A DNA stretch of 64,000 nt from Vulcanimicrobiota bacterium. GTDB lineage: Bacteria > Vulcanimicrobiota > Vulcanimicrobiia > Vulcanimicrobiales > Vulcanimicrobiaceae. Location: contig CAVTCS010000003.1 in the NCBI GenBank assembly GCA_963733295.1, positions 512,001-576,000 of the forward strand. Direction: 5' to 3'. A program made the position numbers and the translations under genes. The notes under the pieces are model-generated. The model saw only the letters and a program-made list of their open reading frames with translations. It had not been told where the DNA came from and ran no database searches. Of the stretch, positions 1 to 11,019 are shown piece by piece; the first letter of the stretch is position 1, and every line of letters starts with the position of its first letter.

Positions 1-179
1 TCCGGCAGACCGACACCGAAGACGACGTCCTCGATGTCGTGAGGGTCGACGCCGCTGCGTTCGACCGCGTGCTTGACCACGTGTCCGGCCAGCGTTGCTC
101 CGTGCGTCATGTTGTAAGCGCCACGGAAGGCGCGGCCGATGGGCGTTCGCGCTCCGGCGATGATGACGGGTTCGTTCAT
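1..179 (-). CDS. Acetyl-CoA C-acyltransferase (thiolase), N-terminal part; runs off the window
   Basis: Manual translation from ATG at 179: MNEPVIIAGARTPIGRAFRGAYNMTHGATLAGHVVKHAVERSGVDPHDIEDVVFGVGLP, a thiolase N-terminus (RTPIG). Lies 10 nt downstream of the FadB-like gene. Confidence 0.9.
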   Translation of the reverse strand, partial: MNEPVIIAGARTPIGRAFRGAYNMTHGATLAGHVVKHAVERSGVDPHDIEDVVFGVGLP

Positions 180-189
180 AGCGGCGATC

Positions 190-2292
190 TCATACCTTTG
201 CGAGTTGAGCGTGTTTGGCGAACGTCGCGTTGCTTGCGGCGAGTTCGGCGAGAAGCGGCGCGGGTTCCCAGTGCGGGCCGAAGCGCTTCCGGAAATCGAC
301 GATCGCATCGTACATTCGTTTGGTTCCGACCGCGTCGGCATACCACATCGGGCCGCCGCGATACCAGGGGTAACCGAAACCGAAAACCCAGACGATGTCG
401 ATGTCTCCGGGTCGCAAGGCCAAGCCCTCGCCCAGCAGCCACGCTCCGCGGTTGGAAAGTGCGTACATGCAGCGTTGCAGGATCTCTTCGCTCGAGATCT
501 CGCGCCGCGCAATGCCGAGTTCTTTCGATTCCAGCGCGATCAGGGCGTCGACTTCGGGATCGGCAATGGCCTCGCGGCTGCCGGCCTCGTAGCGATAGAA
601 GCCCGCCCCCGTCTTCTGGCCGTAGCGTCCCTTCTCATAAAGCTTCGTGACGATATTCGACGTCCGGAAAGGCGTCTTAGGCGCTTCGAGACCGATCTTG
701 TAGAACACGTCCAGGCCCGAAAGGTCGAACGTTTGGAAGGGACCGATGGGGAAGCCGAAGTCGCGCATCACGGCGTCGATTTGGCTCGGCAGCGCGCCTT
801 CTTCGATCAAGTAATTCGCCTCGCGCGCGTAGTCGAACAGCATGCGGTTGCCGATGAATCCGAAGGCGTTGCCGGAGACGACGCCCTTTTTCTTGAGCGC
901 CTTTGCGATGCCGGTTGCGGTCACGAGCGTTTCGGGCGAACTCTTGCCGCCGCGAACGATCTCGAGCAACTGCATGATGTTCGCGGGAGCGAAGAAGTGC
1001 AGCCCGACCACACTTCCGGGACGCTTCGTCTCGCCGGCCATCTGGTCGATGTCGAGCGTCGAGGTATTCGAGGCGAGCACGGCGCCCGGTTTGAGCGCCC
1101 GGTCGAGCGCCGCGAAGACTTTCTTCTTGACGTCCATGCTCTCGAACACGGCCTCGATCACGAGGTCGACGTCGGCGATTGCGGTATAGTCGCTCACGAA
1201 CTTGATCGAGTCGACGCGAGCCGCCGCTTCTTCGGCGCTCATGCGTCCCTTCTTGACTTGAGCCGCGTAGGTATCGGCGACCGTTTTCTTGCCGCGCTCG
1301 ACTTGCTCCGGGCTCACGTCGATGACCGAAACCGGGATCTTCGCGTTCGCGAACGTCATCGCGATGCCGGTGCCCATCGTTCCGGCGCCGACCACCGCGG
1401 CCTTCTCGACTTTGCGACCTTCGACGGGCGGAAGGTTCGGAATCTTCCCGAGTTCGCGTTCCGCGAAGAACAAGTGGATCGCGGCTTGCGCCTGGGGTCC
1501 GACGACCAGCTCTTCGAAAAGCCGGTATTCGCGCGCGAGGCCGAACGGGAAGTCGAGCATCGAGGCCGCTTCCACCGCATCGATGAGCTTGTGCGCGGCG
1601 AATCCGCCTTTGTCTTCGGGTGGAACCATGCCGTGCGCGATCGCCGTCATGAAAGGCAAAACGGTAAACGACTTGGCGCTGGCGCGGTTCTTCGTTCCGG
1701 CTTTCTCCTTTGCGAAAGCGACCGCTCGCGTCACGACGTCGCCCTCGACGACCTCGTCGACGAGTCCCATCGCTTTCGACTGCTTGGCGCTCTTCGGATC
1801 GCCTTTGAGCATGAAGTCGAGCGCGATCTGCGCGCCGAGCATGCGAGGCAAGCGCTGTGTCCCGCCGGCACCGGGCAGCAGGCCGAGCTTGATCTCCGGC
1901 GTGCCGAGACGCGCGTTCGAGGAGGCGAGCCGAAAGTCGCAGGTGATCGCGACCTCACAACCTCCGCCGAACGCGTTTCCCTCGATCGCGGCGACGAAGG
2001 TCTTCGGACTGCGTTCGATGGCGGCCGTCACGTCGCGCGCGTTTTTCGAACCGGCGGGAGGCGGTTTGAGAAACTCGTTGATATCTGCGCCGCCGCTGAA
2101 CGTTCCGTTGGAGCCGGTGATGACGATCGCGTCGACGCCCGGATCGGCTTCCGCGACGGCGATTTCGGCCACCAAGGCCTCGCAAACGGCCGATGAGAGC
2201 GCATTCACCGGCGGATTGTGGATCGAAATGACGCGTACGCCTTCCCGCGTTTCAGAACTTGTGAGTGCCGGGCGAGTTGGCGTCTCTAGCAT
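190..2292 (-). CDS. Bifunctional enoyl-CoA hydratase / 3-hydroxyacyl-CoA dehydrogenase (FadB-like)
   Basis: NPPVNAL, FSGGADI, GGGCE and PEIKLGLLPGAGGTQRLPR (crotonase); GAGTMG, SNTSTL and HFFAP (HAD). Start taken at MLETPT. Confidence 0.93.
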   Translation of the reverse strand: MLETPTRPALTSSETREGVRVISIHNPPVNALSSAVCEALVAEIAVAEADPGVDAIVITGSNGTFSGGADINEFLKPPPAGSKNARDVTAAIERSPKTFVAAIEGNAFGGGCEVAITCDFRLASSNARLGTPEIKLGLLPGAGGTQRLPRMLGAQIALDFMLKGDPKSAKQSKAMGLVDEVVEGDVVTRAVAFAKEKAGTKNRASAKSFTVLPFMTAIAHGMVPPEDKGGFAAHKLIDAVEAASMLDFPFGLAREYRLFEELVVGPQAQAAIHLFFAERELGKIPNLPPVEGRKVEKAAVVGAGTMGTGIAMTFANAKIPVSVIDVSPEQVERGKKTVADTYAAQVKKGRMSAEEAAARVDSIKFVSDYTAIADVDLVIEAVFESMDVKKKVFAALDRALKPGAVLASNTSTLDIDQMAGETKRPGSVVGLHFFAPANIMQLLEIVRGGKSSPETLVTATGIAKALKKKGVVSGNAFGFIGNRMLFDYAREANYLIEEGALPSQIDAVMRDFGFPIGPFQTFDLSGLDVFYKIGLEAPKTPFRTSNIVTKLYEKGRYGQKTGAGFYRYEAGSREAIADPEVDALIALESKELGIARREISSEEILQRCMYALSNRGAWLLGEGLALRPGDIDIVWVFGFGYPWYRGGPMWYADAVGTKRMYDAIVDFRKRFGPHWEPAPLLAELAASNATFAKHAQLAKV

Positions 2293-2394
2293 GTTGGTTC
2301 TCCGGGCAAAAAGGGTGGAAGGCGCACATTCGACGCGCGGGTCGGGGCCCTTGCGAAAGGGAACGGCGTGGATGGAAACGAGAAAGGTCGCAGG

Positions 2395-4164
2395 ATGGAA
2401 ACCCTTCCGCAATACATCTCGGGGGCGCTAGCCAAGCCCGGTCCGCGTGCGTTCGCCGAGCGTCTCGGCGCGAAAGAGTGGCATTTCACGAGCTCGCGCG
2501 AGATGCTCGCGCGCGCCTCTTCGATCGCTTGCGCGTTGCGCTTTTCGGGAATCGAGCGAGGCGACCGGGTTGCGCTGATCGCCGATAACCGCGTCGATTG
2601 GATCGCAGCCAACTTCGGCATCCTGCTGGCCGGCTGCGTCGTCGTCCCGGTTTTCGCGACCCTCGCGCACGACCAGCTCGACTTCATCTTTGCGGATTCC
2701 GGCGCCAAACTCGCGTTCGTCGAGTCGCCTGCGATGGCGTACCGCTTGCGCGAGCGCTGCAGCCACGCGCCTCGCATGATCGCGTTCGACGGCGCCGGTC
2801 CCGATTCGCTCGCGGTTTTCGAGGCCGGTGGAGCTATGAACCTCGAAAAAGGACGCGCGGTTCTCGGAACGTTTACCGAGAGCATCGGGCCGAACGAGCT
2901 AGCCGTCCTGATCTACACCTCGGGCACGACCGGTAACCCCAAGGGCGTCATGCTCTCGCATAACAACCTCACCTCGAACGCGCGCGATACGTTCAGCACC
3001 GGTTTCGACCACATGCGAGCCGACGATCCGGTGCTTTCGGTGTTGCCCTTCGCGCACGTCTACGAGTTCATCGACGCACTCGGCATCATTCAGTTCGACT
3101 GGCGCTTTTACATCACGCGACCGGAGTATCTCGTCGACGATCTGAAGTCCGTCCGTCCGGTCATCATGGCCCTCGTCCCGCGCATTTTCGAGCGTCTCTT
3201 AGCAGCGCTCTACGCGCGCGCCAAGGCCGAGGGCGGAATCAAGGCCAAGCTCGTCCCCTGGGCGCTCGGAACGGGACGCGAATATGCGGAGGCAACGCTC
3301 GAAGGCCGCAGCGCGCCGCCGCTCTTACAAGCGAAATACGCGCTCGCGCAACGGCTGGTGCTCTCAAAGATCAAACCTGCGCTGGGACTCGACCGCGTTC
3401 GCGCGCTCGCGAGCGGCAGCGCGCCGCTGCACCGCGACATCGCGTTGACGTTCGCCGGAATGGGCATTCCGATTGCCGAGGGCTACGGCCTCACTGAGAC
3501 CTCGCCGGTCGTCACCGCGAACCGGCTCGGTTCGATCCGCTATGGGAGCGTCGGTCGACCGATTGCAAACGTGCAAGTGAAGATCGCCGACGACGGCGAG
3601 GTGCTAGTCAAGGGACCGAACGTCATGCTCGGCTACTACCATCTGCCCGACGAGCATCCGCTGACCGCCGACGGCTGGTTCATGACCGGCGACATCGGCA
3701 AGCTCGACGCCGACGGCTACCTTTACATCACCGACCGCAAGAAGGAACTCATCAAGACCTCGGCAGGGAAATACGTCGCACCTAGTCGCGTCGAGGCGGC
3801 GCTCAAACGCTCGAGCTACATCGCGCAAGTCTTCGTTCTCGGAGATGGGCGTCCGTATCCAGCCGCGCTGGTCGCGCCCAACTGGGATCTCATCCGCAAA
3901 GACTTTTCGATTCCCGCCGAGGTGCCGACGGCGGCCATCTCCGAGCGGGCCGACGTGGAAGAGTTCGTTCGCAAACAGGTTGCGGATATGTCGGCCGATC
4001 TCGCCAGCTTCGAACAGGTCCGGAAGATCGCGCTCTTGCCGCGCGATCTGACGATCGAAGACGGCGAACTCTCGCCGACGCTCAAAGTCAAGCGGCGCGT
4101 CGTCGAAACGCGCTATGCGGATCTCGTCGAGCGCGCCTACGCCGATCGGGAGTTAGTCAAATAA
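2395..4164 (+). CDS. Long-chain fatty acid--CoA ligase
   Basis: YTSGTTGNPKG, EGYGLTET, TGDIG and DRKKELIKTSAGKYVAP; divergent from the beta-oxidation genes. Confidence 0.92.
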   Translation: METLPQYISGALAKPGPRAFAERLGAKEWHFTSSREMLARASSIACALRFSGIERGDRVALIADNRVDWIAANFGILLAGCVVVPVFATLAHDQLDFIFADSGAKLAFVESPAMAYRLRERCSHAPRMIAFDGAGPDSLAVFEAGGAMNLEKGRAVLGTFTESIGPNELAVLIYTSGTTGNPKGVMLSHNNLTSNARDTFSTGFDHMRADDPVLSVLPFAHVYEFIDALGIIQFDWRFYITRPEYLVDDLKSVRPVIMALVPRIFERLLAALYARAKAEGGIKAKLVPWALGTGREYAEATLEGRSAPPLLQAKYALAQRLVLSKIKPALGLDRVRALASGSAPLHRDIALTFAGMGIPIAEGYGLTETSPVVTANRLGSIRYGSVGRPIANVQVKIADDGEVLVKGPNVMLGYYHLPDEHPLTADGWFMTGDIGKLDADGYLYITDRKKELIKTSAGKYVAPSRVEAALKRSSYIAQVFVLGDGRPYPAALVAPNWDLIRKDFSIPAEVPTAAISERADVEEFVRKQVADMSADLASFEQVRKIALLPRDLTIEDGELSPTLKVKRRVVETRYADLVERAYADRELVK

Positions 4165-4998
4165 GAGTTCGGCTAGCGCGCGCGAGAGTTCGGTCGTTTC
4201 GTCCGCCAGTTCGAGGACGATCGTGAAATGGTTGTGGCCCGCCGCGATCAACTCTTCAGCCGGATAACGGCGCGCGCGCCAGGTCTCGACATAGTGATGC
4301 GTCTGGCGTCTGAATTCGTCCGTCTCGCGTTCGCCGACCGCGGCGACGAGCCTGACCGGAGATTCGGGAAGGCGCCGCACGGGGCTGTTGCGCTCGGCCG
4401 AGGCCGCGTCGAGACGCGCCCACTCGTTGATGTGCGAGAGCCGGACCGGCTCGAGATCGAAGAGTCCGCTTAGCGCAAACACGCCCGCCGGACGCAATTG
4501 CGAGCCGGCCAACATCCCGGCCAGGTGCCCGCCCGCGGAGTGCCCGCCGGCGACGATCCGCGCGGGGTCGGCGTTCAGGCGCGCCGCGTTGTTGGCCGTC
4601 CAGTCGAAAGCGGCTCGGATGGAAGCGACGATGTCGTCGATCGAAGCCGCCGGCGCGAGCGGGTAGTTGACGATCGCCGCCGCGCCGCCCGCGCGTACGA
4701 CCGGCTCCGCGAGAAAGGTGAAGAAGCTCTTGTCGAGCCGTCGCCAGTAGCCACCGTGAATGAAAAAGAAGAGCGGCGCACCCGGGCGCTCTGCCGGAAA
4801 GAGGTCGATGCGGTTGCGCTCGCCCGGACCGTACGCGACGTCGAGTTCGGCTCGCAGGTTCGGCAGAGCACGCGCGCTGGCCGCCGCAAAGCGCGCGTAA
4901 TACGGCTCGATTGCCGGAACGGTTCCGGCGGCGTCGTACTGCCGGTTCAGCTCGTCCTGAGAGAACGTTGCGTAGACCGCGCCCGAAGCGACGTTCAT
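4153..4998 (-). CDS. Alpha/beta hydrolase, arylformamidase-like
   Basis: HGGYW, GHSAG nucleophile motif, HNHF; start taken at MNVASG. Confidence 0.82.
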   Translation of the reverse strand: MNVASGAVYATFSQDELNRQYDAAGTVPAIEPYYARFAAASARALPNLRAELDVAYGPGERNRIDLFPAERPGAPLFFFIHGGYWRRLDKSFFTFLAEPVVRAGGAAAIVNYPLAPAASIDDIVASIRAAFDWTANNAARLNADPARIVAGGHSAGGHLAGMLAGSQLRPAGVFALSGLFDLEPVRLSHINEWARLDAASAERNSPVRRLPESPVRLVAAVGERETDEFRRQTHHYVETWRARRYPAEELIAAGHNHFTIVLELADETTELSRALAELLFD

Positions 4999-5450
4999 GT
5001 CTGGCGGAAGTAGGCCGAGGCGATCTTCCCGCTCGCGGTGATGCCGAGCGTGAAAGAGAGCGTGCCCTCGGGCCACGTCACGGCGAACACGTACGCGGTG
5101 TTCCCGGAAGCGCTATCTTTGTAGTTGATCACGACCGATTGCGGTTGACCCTTCGGCAACGCGCTCTGGATCTGCGCCACCGCCGTCTTGTCAAGCGTCG
5201 CGCTGAAATCGGAGGTAAGTTGGGAGCGATCGATGTCGCCGGACTGAAACCGTGCGATCCATTCGCGAGCTCGCTGGGTTGCCTCGGCGTCGGAGCCGCG
5301 CGCCGGTCCGGGCGTCGGCGTGGCGGGGGCGGCGCTCTGCGAGGGCACGGGGCTGGGCGTCGGCGCGAAGGTACCGGCCGTCGCTGCCAACGGGAGCAGT
5401 GCGGTCGCCGCGAAGGCGCCTAATGCACGCGCTTTTCGAATCCTGTCCAT
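4995..5450 (-). CDS. Hypothetical secreted protein
   Basis: Signal peptide, PTPSP/PATPTP linker and a small globular domain; overlaps both neighbours on the same strand. Confidence 0.7.
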   Translation of the reverse strand: MDRIRKARALGAFAATALLPLAATAGTFAPTPSPVPSQSAAPATPTPGPARGSDAEATQRAREWIARFQSGDIDRSQLTSDFSATLDKTAVAQIQSALPKGQPQSVVINYKDSASGNTAYVFAVTWPEGTLSFTLGITASGKIASAYFRQT

Positions 5451-7039
5451 TCTCTCTCCCGTAGCACGAATTTTTGGATCTTGCCGGTCGAGGTCTTCGG
5501 CAACTCACCGAACTCGACTTCCTTTGGCGCCTTGAAGTGCGGTAAGCGCTCGCGGCAATGCGCGATCAAGGTCTCGGCGCTCACCTCGTGCCCGGCTTTT
5601 ACGACGACGAACGCTTTGGGAACCTCGCCCCAGGCCTCGTCAGGCTTCGCCACGACCGCGCACTCGAGAACGTCCGGATGCTCCAGGATCACTTTCTCCA
5701 CCTGAACCGTCGAGATGTTCTCTCCGCCGCTGATGATGACGTCTTTCGCCCGGTCCGCAATTTCGAGATAACCGTCGGGGTGCATCACTGCGATGTCGCC
5801 GCTGTGAAAGTAGCCACCGGCGAACGCTTGGGCGGTCGCCTGCGGATCGCGGTAGTAACCTTTCATCACGTTGTTGCCGCGCATCACGATCTCACCGAGG
5901 GTCGCGCCGTCGCTCGGGACGTCGCGCAGCTCGACGCCGGAGGCCGCCTCGGGCGCGAGTTGTTCGGCAGAGAGTTGTTCGACGACACGCACGTCGCCGG
6001 CTCCGACGGTGACAAGCCCGACGCCTTGGCGCGCCTTGAGCTTGGCGCGTTCGCCGGCGGGTAACGCGTCCCACTCGGTCTGCCACGCCGAAATGGTGAT
6101 GGGACCGTAGGTCTCGGTGAGTCCGTAGACCTGCGTTACGGTCGCGCCGAGCGCCTCGATCTGCGCGATCGTCGTCGGTGCCGGCGCCGCCCCGGCGGTG
6201 ACGACGTGAACGGGTTGCGGGAAGGGACGAGCTTTCGGGTGGTTTGCAATTCCAATCAACACGGTGGGCGCGCCGCAGAAGTGGGTGACGCGCTCCCGCT
6301 CGACGAGGTCGAAGATCGCTTCGGCTTCGACTTTAGCGAGGCAGACGTGCGTGCCGCCGGCGGCGGTCACCGCCCAGGGATAACACCAGCCGTTGCAATG
6401 GAACATCGGAAGCGTCCAAAGGTACACGCTTTCCGGGCGGAGGTCCGCCGTTGCGATCTCGGCCAGCGCATTCAGATATGCGCCGCGGTGCGTGAACATC
6501 ACGCCCTTCGGTTTTCCGGTCGTCCCGCTCGTGTAGTTGATCGAAATCGTCGCGTCTTCATCGGTAACCGGATTTTCGATCGGTTCTCCCGGCGAGCGGG
6601 CCAGCAGCGCTTCGAGATCTTGTGCGGTTGCGTCACCGCTGCGCACGCGCCGTACCCCGGGAGCGAGTCCTTCGACGAGCGGCGCGAATTCGGGATCGTA
6701 AACGACGACGCTCGCGCCGCAGTGGTCGACGATATAGGCTATCTCGCTCGCGATCAGGCGGACGTTGAGCGCGCAGAGAACGCCGCCGGCAAGAGGCACC
6801 GCGAAGTGTGCCTCGAGCAGCGTCGTTTGGTTCTTTGCGAGGAGCGCGACGCGCTCGCCGTTGCGAACGCCGAGCGCGTGCAGCACGTGCGCAAAGCGGT
6901 AGACGCGTTCGAGCATTTCAGGGTAGGTCCGGCGCACGGCACCGTCAACCACAGCCGTCTTCCGGCGGTATACACGGGCGCTCCGCTCGAGGAAATCGAT
7001 CGGACTGAGGCGGCGCAAATGGACGCTCACGACGAGCAC
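5420..7039 (-). CDS. Acyl-CoA synthetase (AMP-binding)
   Basis: [31 protein letters not shown] and [11 protein letters not shown]. Confidence 0.92.
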   Translation of the reverse strand: MLVVSVHLRRLSPIDFLERSARVYRRKTAVVDGAVRRTYPEMLERVYRFAHVLHALGVRNGERVALLAKNQTTLLEAHFAVPLAGGVLCALNVRLIASEIAYIVDHCGASVVVYDPEFAPLVEGLAPGVRRVRSGDATAQDLEALLARSPGEPIENPVTDEDATISINYTSGTTGKPKGVMFTHRGAYLNALAEIATADLRPESVYLWTLPMFHCNGWCYPWAVTAAGGTHVCLAKVEAEAIFDLVERERVTHFCGAPTVLIGIANHPKARPFPQPVHVVTAGAAPAPTTIAQIEALGATVTQVYGLTETYGPITISAWQTEWDALPAGERAKLKARQGVGLVTVGAGDVRVVEQLSAEQLAPEAASGVELRDVPSDGATLGEIVMRGNNVMKGYYRDPQATAQAFAGGYFHSGDIAVMHPDGYLEIADRAKDVIISGGENISTVQVEKVILEHPDVLECAVVAKPDEAWGEVPKAFVVVKAGHEVSAETLIAHCRERLPHFKAPKEVEFGELPKTSTGKIQKFVLREREWTGFEKRVH

Positions 7040-7117
7040 TTACCGGGCGAGCCCGCCCACAACCTGCGACCTTTCTCGGGCAGCAAACTCCCGCTCGGCG
7101 CCGAAGTCATACATGCT

Positions 7118-8545
7118 ATGACGAAAGCGAACGCAACCGCAAACGGCGCGAAAACGCGCCTCGAATCCGACTCGATGGGTCACATCGAGGTCCCCGGCGA
7201 CAAGTACTACGGAGCGCAATCGGCGCGCTCGCTCGTGCACTTCGACATCGGCGACGGCGCGACGCCGCGCGACGTGATGCCTCGCCAGGTAATCCGCGCG
7301 ATGGCCACCCTCAAGAAGGCAGCCGCCCTCGTCAACCGCGAGCTGGGCAAACTCGACAAGGAAAAGGCCGACCTGATCGTGCGGGCCGCCGACGAAGTCA
7401 TCGCCGGGAAACACGACGCGCACTTTCCGTTGCGCGTTTGGCAAACGGGCTCCGGAACGCAGACGAACATGAACGTCAACGAAGTCATCTCGAACCGGGC
7501 GATCGAGCTCGCCGGCGGGAAATTAGGTTCGAAGACGCCGGTTCATCCGAACGATCACGTGAACATGTCGCAGTCGTCGAACGATACGTTTCCGACGGCG
7601 ATGCACATGGCGGCGGCCGAAGCCGTCACCGAGCTGCTGCCCGCGGTCCGCGAGTTGCGCGACGCGCTCCACGTCAAAGCGCTCGAGTGGAAGGACATCG
7701 TCAAAGTCGGGCGCACGCACTTGCAAGACGCGACGCCCCTCACGCTCGGCCAGGAGTTCTCCGGCTACGTCACCCAGCTCGATCGCGCGATGGTCGCGAT
7801 TGCCGAATCGCTCGATCACCTGTACGACCTCGCGATCGGCGGCACCGCCGTCGGAACCGGTCTCAATGCGCATCCCGAGTTCGCGGAGCGCACCGCGAAG
7901 AAACTCGCCGAGCTGACCTCGCTGCCGTTGCGCTCGCACCCTAACAAGTTCACGGCGCTCGCCTCTCACGACGACTTCGTGTTCGCATCCGGCGCGCTCA
8001 AGCAATTAGCGGCTGCGATGATGAAGATCGCCAACGACATTCGCTGGCTCGGCTCGGGTCCGCGGGCAGGGCTGGGCGAGTTGAACCTGCCCGAAAACGA
8101 GCCCGGGAGCTCGATCATGCCGGGTAAGGTGAATCCGACACAAAGCGAAGCGGTCACGATGGTCGTCGTGCAAGTCTTCGGTAACGATGCCGCAATCGGA
8201 TTTGCTGCGTCGCAGGGAAACTTCGAACTCAACGTCTTCAATCCGGTGATGATCTACAACTTCTTGCACTCGACCACGCTGTTGCGCGACTCGGCGCGGA
8301 TGTTCCGCGAGCACTGCGTCGAGGGTCTCACCGCGAACGTCGAAACGATCGGCGAGTATTTAGCGCAGTCGCTGATGACCGTGACCGCGCTTTCGCCGAA
8401 GATCGGCTACGACAAAGCAGCCGAAATCGCGAAGAAGGCGCATAAGGAAAAGACCACGCTGAAAGAGGCGGCCGTCGGGCTCGGTTACGTCACCGCGGAC
8501 GAGTTCGACCGCTCGGTCATCCCTAAGGACATGACACACTCCTAA
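7118..8545 (+). CDS. fumC: Class II fumarate hydratase
   Basis: [27 protein letters not shown] and [11 protein letters not shown] signature; start taken at MTKANA. Confidence 0.96.
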   Translation: MTKANATANGAKTRLESDSMGHIEVPGDKYYGAQSARSLVHFDIGDGATPRDVMPRQVIRAMATLKKAAALVNRELGKLDKEKADLIVRAADEVIAGKHDAHFPLRVWQTGSGTQTNMNVNEVISNRAIELAGGKLGSKTPVHPNDHVNMSQSSNDTFPTAMHMAAAEAVTELLPAVRELRDALHVKALEWKDIVKVGRTHLQDATPLTLGQEFSGYVTQLDRAMVAIAESLDHLYDLAIGGTAVGTGLNAHPEFAERTAKKLAELTSLPLRSHPNKFTALASHDDFVFASGALKQLAAAMMKIANDIRWLGSGPRAGLGELNLPENEPGSSIMPGKVNPTQSEAVTMVVVQVFGNDAAIGFAASQGNFELNVFNPVMIYNFLHSTTLLRDSARMFREHCVEGLTANVETIGEYLAQSLMTVTALSPKIGYDKAAEIAKKAHKEKTTLKEAAVGLGYVTADEFDRSVIPKDMTHS

Positions 8546-8589
8546 ACAGATCCCAGGGAGGCTCCCGGCGCCCGACGAAGGCCGGTTGC

Positions 8590-9783
8590 GTGATTCGCGC
8601 GCCCCGGTTTCAGCGGGCGACCGTCGCGATCGCCTTAGCGATCGCCGCGCTGTTCTGCGGCAGCCGCGCAGGCGCCCAGGTCACGCCGGCGAGCCCGGAC
8701 GTAGCGCCGGTTCAAAAGGTCGCCCCGCAGACCGCCTTGGCAGCGATCGACGCCGCCCGCAAACAGGTTGCCGCCGGCGACCTGGCCGGCGCGACGAAGA
8801 ACCTCCGGAGCTTCGTCGACGCGCACCCGCGCGACCTCGACGCAGCGCGCTATTTAGGCGACCTCTATTACCGGCAGTCGGACTTCGCTTCGGCGGAGCA
8901 AACCTACCGGGCCGTCCTCGCCGTTGCGCCGGGCGATCGCCAGACCCACGACCGGCTCGGCGGCATCTATGCCGCGCAAGATCACGTGAATCAGGCAATC
9001 GCTGAGTTCACAAAGAGCTTGCCGGAGACGAGCGCTTACGGTCACCTCGTGGATTTACACAAGCGCAACGGTGACTTCGCGACCTTCAGGGGCGAATTCC
9101 AAACCCAGGCCGATGCGATGCCCTACGACGCCGAGGCCCAATACGCGATCGGCGCGATCCTGGTCGCCGACCGCAAGTCCGAGGAAGCCGTTCGTTACCT
9201 GAGGCGGGCGTTCGATCTTCAGCCTCGCTCGTGCGCAACCATGAGCGAGCTGGGGAATGCTTACCTTGACACCAACGAGACCGAGCTCGCCGCCGACGTT
9301 CTGAAGCGTTGTCTCAGCATCGAGCGCGACAATTACTCGGCCCTCGTCAACCTAGCCGCCCTCGAAATCGAGACGCATCACTTCGATGATGCGGAGCAGC
9401 TGCTGACGCACGCGAACAAAATCGTTCCCGACGGGCCCGAGGCGCTGATCAACCTCGGCTATCTGCAGGACGTTTGGCTTCATCGGGACGCCGCGGTGCG
9501 CTACTACCTCCAGGCGATTGCAGTCGATCCCCTGGCCCGCGACGCCTACGTTAACCTCGGCTACGACTATCAGGAAGAGCATCTCTACGCGCTCGCCGAG
9601 GCTGCGTTTCTCAAGGGCCTGAGCGTCGTTCCGAACGACGGGCGGTTGCACTATCTGCTCGGCCTCACGTACGCCGACCAAGGCAAGCACGACTTAGCGC
9701 GTCAGGAGTACGAGCGGGCGACCAAGTCCGACGAGCCCGAAGTCGCCGACGCCGCGGCGCGCGACCTCAGGGCGCTGCAGTAG
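8590..9783 (+). CDS. Secreted tetratricopeptide-repeat protein
   Basis: Signal peptide followed by repeated TPR-like helices (AARYLGDLYY, ALVNLA, AYVNLGYDY, LHYLLGLTY). Confidence 0.85.
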   Translation: MIRAPRFQRATVAIALAIAALFCGSRAGAQVTPASPDVAPVQKVAPQTALAAIDAARKQVAAGDLAGATKNLRSFVDAHPRDLDAARYLGDLYYRQSDFASAEQTYRAVLAVAPGDRQTHDRLGGIYAAQDHVNQAIAEFTKSLPETSAYGHLVDLHKRNGDFATFRGEFQTQADAMPYDAEAQYAIGAILVADRKSEEAVRYLRRAFDLQPRSCATMSELGNAYLDTNETELAADVLKRCLSIERDNYSALVNLAALEIETHHFDDAEQLLTHANKIVPDGPEALINLGYLQDVWLHRDAAVRYYLQAIAVDPLARDAYVNLGYDYQEEHLYALAEAAFLKGLSVVPNDGRLHYLLGLTYADQGKHDLARQEYERATKSDEPEVADAAARDLRALQ

Positions 9784-10198
9784 ACCCTTCGCCGAAGCTG
9801 GCGATCATCTCGATCTCGACCCGGGCATTGCGGGGCAGCGCCGCGACGGCGACCGTCGAACGCGCCGGCGGCACGCTTGTGAAAAACCCGGCGTAGACGC
9901 CGTTCACTGCGCCGAAGTCGCCCATGTCGACCAGAAAGATCGTGCTCTTGGCGACGTCCGTGAAGCTGAGGCCGGCGGCGCCCAGGACGGCTTCGAGATT
10001 TTTCATGACCTGGCGAGCTTGCGCTGCGACGTCGCCTGGGACGAGCTCGCCCGTTGCCGGATCGATCGGCGTTTGACCGCTGCAGAAGAGGAACGAGCCG
10101 GCGCGAACGGCTTGACTGTACGGACCGATCGGCGCCGGCGCGCGATCGCTCACGAAGGCTTCGAGCTCCGCGCTCCTCGTCGATTCACCAAATGCCAT
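9767..10198 (-). CDS. RidA/YjgF family enamine deaminase
   Basis: APIGPYSQA, SGQTP and PARSTVAVAALP..VEIE. Confidence 0.93.
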   Translation of the reverse strand: MAFGESTRSAELEAFVSDRAPAPIGPYSQAVRAGSFLFCSGQTPIDPATGELVPGDVAAQARQVMKNLEAVLGAAGLSFTDVAKSTIFLVDMGDFGAVNGVYAGFFTSVPPARSTVAVAALPRNARVEIEMIASFGEGSTAAP

Positions 10199-10305
10199 GG
10201 CCGGCCGCTTAAGGAGTAAGGCTTTTCGACCCTGCCCGGGAATCGGAGCTTCGCTCGGACCGCGTTACGTTCGATCGCACTGCGATGATGGAGGAAAGAA
10301 ACCTG

Positions 10306-10992
10306 ATGGAATCGGCGAGACTGAATCGAGCCGCGCTTCTCGGCGGTGCGGCAGCTTGGGCCATCGCACTCGGATTGCCCGCGGATGCCGCGGAGCCGGC
10401 GAGCGTGACCGTACCCGCGAAGGCGGCTCTGGAGCGGCTCAAAGAGGGGAACGAGCGCTTCGTCTCGGGTCACTTGGACAACGTGAGCAACCTCGTGGCG
10501 CGGCGCGTCGCCCTGGCCGCCGGCCAAAACCCCTGGGCCACCATCCTCACGTGTTCCGACTCGCGCACCTCGCCCGAACTGATTTTCGATGCGAATGTCG
10601 GTGATCTGTTCGTGACGCGCATCGCCGGCAATTACGTTACCGACGATGGCCTGGGAACGATCGAATACGGCTTTGAACACCTCGGTTCGAATCTGCTGCT
10701 CGTCATGGGACACTCAAGTTGCGGCGCGGTTCAAGCGACCTACGACAGCATCAAGACGGGCAAGCCGTTGCCGCCGCATCTGAACGCGCTCGTGGACGCG
10801 ATCGGCCCTGCGATCGAAAGCATCGTTCGCCAAGGCGGGAGCCTCGACGCAGCAGTCAAGGCGAACGTCCGGGCGCAGGTCTCCGCCGCAGCGTCGCGCT
10901 CGCCGGTACTCGAGAAAGGCGTCGCGGCGGGCACTCTGCGGATCGTGGGCGCGACCTACAATCTCGAGAGCGGCAAGGCCACGCTCGTTTAG
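10306..10992 (+). CDS. Beta-class carbonic anhydrase with export signal
   Basis: LKEGNERF, CSDSR and HSSCGA zinc ligands; GGAGG RBS; N-terminal NRAALLGG...ADA leader. Confidence 0.92.
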   Translation: MESARLNRAALLGGAAAWAIALGLPADAAEPASVTVPAKAALERLKEGNERFVSGHLDNVSNLVARRVALAAGQNPWATILTCSDSRTSPELIFDANVGDLFVTRIAGNYVTDDGLGTIEYGFEHLGSNLLLVMGHSSCGAVQATYDSIKTGKPLPPHLNALVDAIGPAIESIVRQGGSLDAAVKANVRAQVSAAASRSPVLEKGVAAGTLRIVGATYNLESGKATLV

Positions 10993-11019
10993 CGGCGCCA
11001 CATACGCGCGGCAGGACCC

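Noticed and set aside
139..2196. 685-aa plus-strand ORF and similar long antisense ORFs (e.g. 29739-31346, 41819-43675)
   Set aside because: Shadows of real genes on the opposite strand in high-GC DNA; Arg-rich, no motifs.
4153..4998. Kynurenine pathway cluster with the kynureninase-like gene at 44620
   Set aside because: The genes are 40 kb apart, no tryptophan dioxygenase is in the window, and family-level calls do not fix the substrate.
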